Below, in pieces: positions 1 through 64,000 of a stretch of 64,000 nt of DNA. The notes beneath the pieces were generated by a model. That model made no database searches. It was not told the origin of the DNA and worked only from the letters and a program-made list of their open reading frames with translations. The stretch lies in NCBI RefSeq assembly GCF_009914755.1, contig NC_060940.1; one strand, given 5' to 3'. The number at the start of each line of letters is the position of its first letter. The first letter of the stretch is position 1. Both the position numbers and the translations under genes were made by a program. The DNA is from the human T2T-CHM13v2.0 reference genome, Homo sapiens.

Positions 1-84
1 GCCAATAGTGTCAATTAATTGCATCTCAACGTTTTCTGCAGAGCACCCACCACATTCTGGAATTATATACTTGTTAACCTTTCT

Positions 85-213
85 AGCGTCTATTTCCTCA
101 CCTGCCTGCAGCCTCCATGTCTAGCTTGTCCTACCATTTGATGCCTGTTGCCTGGTTCATCACCTGTCACATAGTAGCTGCAGGATAAATATTTGTTGAA
201 TAAATCAATGAAT
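85..213 (+). mobile_element. L2 3'-end remnant
   Basis: ...cacatagtagctgcaggataaatatttgttgaataaatcaatgaat resembles the L2 terminus. Confidence 0.6.
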
Positions 214-214
214 T

Positions 215-1054
<840 letters not shown>

Positions 1055-1324
1055 TTAGTGTTGTTTTTCAGTGGGAACAGCTGATGCTCAGGACTCTCCC
1101 TTCCTCCCCGCAAATGAGGAGGGCAGTCAGTTGAATGCAGCGTTGATACACAAATACATGTACATGTACGTGAGTTACGGGATTCAATGGAAAGAAATAT
1201 AAAATGAAGAGAGATCACAATGGGTGGGGGGCTTCAGGCCCATCCATCTGGGGGCAAGAGCCTGGCAATCTGGCACTCTGGAGCATGCCTCTGTGGAGGC
1301 AGGGACGTGCCCAGGTAAGAGCAG

Positions 1325-1450
1325 TGGCCTGGCTCAATTCCAGCTGTGCCACCCACCTACTGTGCAACCTCATTAGGGTACTTCATTTTTCTGAGCCTCA
1401 CTTTACTGTTTTGTAAATTGGTAATAGAAATAGAATCTACATCAGATTGT
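1325..1450 (+). mobile_element. MIR, continuing at ~2700-2765 after an Alu cluster
   Basis: ctgtgcaacctc...cttcatttttctgagcctcac...tgtaaattgg; 3' part gcctggcacataatgctcagtaag. Confidence 0.55.
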
Positions 1451-1451
1451 T

Positions 1452-2692
<1,241 letters not shown>

Positions 2693-2898
2693 ACATCAAA
2701 GAATTATATGAGAGGATATGTGCAGAGCCCTCAGCATGATGCCTGGCACATAATGCTCAGTAAGTGTGGATCTTGGTTGTGGGGCAGGGAGATTTAATCA
2801 GGCTCCTCCAAGACCTGGACCTGCATCATAATCACACAAGTCTCTTGGCTGCCGTACTCATTTGGCTTCCCAAGTTCCCCTGACAAGAGGAAGTCTGA

Positions 2899-3180
2899 GG
2901 CCAGGTGCAGTGGCTCATCTGTAATCCCAACACTTTGGGAGGCCAGGGCAGGCGGATCACTTGAGGACGGGAGTTCAAGACCAGCCTGGCTAACATGGTG
3001 AAACCCTGTCTCTACTAAAAATGCAAAAATTGGCTGGGTGTGATGGTGCATGCCTGTAATCCCAGCTACTGGGGAGGCTGAGGCACGAGAATCGCTTGAA
3101 CACGGGAGGCAAAGGCTGTAGTGAGCTGAGATTGTGCCACTTCTCTCCAGACTGCGCGACAGAACAATTTAAAAAAAAAG
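2899..3180 (+). mobile_element. Alu
   Basis: Alu consensus with A tail. Confidence 0.85.
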
Positions 3181-3657
3181 AGGAAGACTGGATCCTGGAC
3201 TGTGGTCTCTGGAAGGGTATAAGAAGCATTTCCACATGGACTGTGGTGAATTGACCATTGGAGACTCAGTCTGCCTTGCCCTCCCTAGCTGCTTTCTTGG
3301 TACAGCAGGCTTGACTTGGGAAATCACTCTGCTCAGAATCCAAGTTCCTCAACTGAAAAGTAGGTAAAAAGCGATCTATTTGCAGAGCTGTGTGTGAGTC
3401 AAAAGCCAGGGAACACCTTGCACACTGCGAGGTTTTCATTCTGAAAGCGATTCTTGCAATCTTGCCCGCAGCGCCATTTCATGCGGCTCTCTCTCCTCTG
3501 TGCCTCAGTTTCCCTGTGTGTAAAATGTGGGAGAGTCTACTGCCTTCCGTGGAGGCTGTGAAATTATGTCTTTAAACTAATTGGTCCAGACGTGGGGCCA
3601 AATTATCGGGATTACAGGTGAGCCACTGCACCGGGCCTCAGCCTTGTCAGGGGGCCG

Positions 3658-3761
3658 GAGGTTGCTTAACCCCCTGGATCCCAGCTTCCTCATCTGTAAA
3701 ACGGGCTGATGCCTATACAGCTCTCAGAACCACACCTGGTTCAGAAGTCCCCAAATGGTAG
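3658..3761 (+). repeat. 104-bp direct repeat, copy 1 (MIR-derived)
   Basis: 99/104 identical to 5899-6002. Confidence 0.9.
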
Positions 3762-4338
3762 TCCTCAAATTCTGGCCAAGGCCAAAGCAGGTGCTTCACT
3801 TCTTCCGTGCACACCCTGCAAGTGGGCTCCGGGTGGCAGGTGCAGCTACGCCCTCTGCCGGTCGGGGCGGGAGACAAACTCAGGGGAGTGGGGAGAACCA
3901 CAGCGACTCAGGGAGCTATTTCAGAGGGGGCAAGTGGAAGGCGCTGGGGCTCCAGGAGAGTCTGTAAGCGAACAGATGAGGAAATGACCAAAGAGTTAAT
4001 ATGTTAGTGCAGCGCTTGGAACGCAGAGGGAAGGACCATTTGCCCTGTGGTTGGTTGGTTCCTTCCCTCTGAATTTAGGTCCATTTGGTTTGTCCCGGAG
4101 TGCTTGTCAACCCGTCAGAGGGCCTGGGAACGGAGCATCCTGGGAAAGATAGTTCCCAGACGGGCTTCCCGCGCTGCTTCCCGGCGCCTTCGGCGGCGAG
4201 AGGACTCCATTTCCCGACGTGCCCCGGGACCGGGAGGCGGAGGGCCGCCGTGGCGTCGGGCCCCGGGCCGAGCCGGGGGTGGGGGCTCGAGGCGCCTCCG
4301 CGGCCGTGGACGAGCGTCCGTGCGGCCTGGTCCGGGCC

Positions 4339-4350
4339 ATGTCCGCGTGA
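4339..4350 (+). promoter_or_regulatory. Minimal upstream ORF ATG TCC GCG TGA (M-S-A-stop)
   Basis: gccATGtccgcgTGA, ending 65 nt before the main ATG; lies in the 5'UTR only if the TSS is upstream of 4339. Confidence 0.55.
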
Positions 4351-4415
4351 GGACCCCGCCGCTGTCGCCGCTCCCGTTCCGGCCCTGGCCCCTCTGCCCG
4401 GCAGCGCGGCGCACC

Positions 4416-63394
<58,979 letters not shown>

Positions 63395-64000
63395 GTAAGG
63401 GGCTGGGGGTCTGGGGGTGAGGGGCTGGGTGCCTGTCTTAGTCCCCAGGGAGGGGGCCCTGCTCTGATGGTCGGTGCATAGCAGCAGAGGCTGTCCATTG
63501 GAGCCTGGTTCTCTCCCTGGCTCTCAGCCATGCCCCTGCTATTGACCGTGAAGCAGGATGCGGGCCAGGGCCATGGCCACAAAGCAGCCTCAGGCAGGGC
63601 CTGGCTCTTGGGAGCGGAACCTGCACCAAAGCCCCTTCCCTCCCTGGGGCCACATTGGCCACAGGAGGTGAGAGACGCGAGAGAGGCTGCCTGTGAGAGG
63701 ATGGGGTCCTTTTCCCTCTGCCTGCTGCTCACGCCAGGAGGGCAGATCCGGCCCCACTGGGATCACCACATGTTCCCCCACTCCTGGTCCTATCGTGGGC
63801 CCACAGGCCCCATGCTGGGTGCCACGTGCGCTCCTGGCAGTGCCTGAGAGCTGCAGACAGAGCAGGAGCAGGTACCACACGCTGTGCTGGGTAGCGGGGG
63901 CCCTGGGCCACAGAGCGCAGGGGCAGTGTCTTCTGGGTCACCCTGCCCCGGGCCTGACAGAGGCCACCTGATGCAGCAGCACATCCCAGGCCAGGCACAG

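Noticed and set aside
63395-64000. Possible MGRN1 terminal exon
   Set aside because: No acceptor yields a C-terminus I recognise for MGRN1; the last exon lies outside the window.

Overview
This is human (primate) genomic DNA, GC-rich and very Alu-dense. It carries one protein-coding gene on the + strand, MGRN1 (Mahogunin RING finger 1, an E3 ubiquitin ligase; 16p13.3 from established knowledge). I rebuilt the reading frame by hand from GT-AG boundaries. Sixteen coding exons run from the ATG at 4416 to 63394 (1618 nt, 539 codons + 1 nt) with consistent phases. The last exon lies beyond the window. Exon 1 sits in a CpG island. The protein has an N-myristoylation start (MGSILS), a RING finger (exon 10), a 66-nt NLS cassette exon (exon 12), and PPGY and PSAP motifs (exon 13). 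The introns hold about 60 Alus, including a human-specific AluYb8 with an intact TSD. They also hold L1, L2, MIR, MER20, MER58A, MER21 and MLT1 remnants, a truncated 7SL retrocopy, and several tandem repeats, including a 20-copy CpG-rich 35/36-bp VNTR. Nearly all ORFs in the supplied track are Alu, repeat or GC-rich noise. I see no evidence of a new multi-gene system. The best leads are regulatory: a candidate stop-containing cryptic exon after the NLS exon, a minimal uORF, a NAGNAG acceptor, a 104-bp near-identical repeat bracketing the promoter, and a polyadenylated LTR fragment before exon 11. Repeat family names are recognised from memory of consensus sequences, not from a search, and repeat coordinates are approximate.
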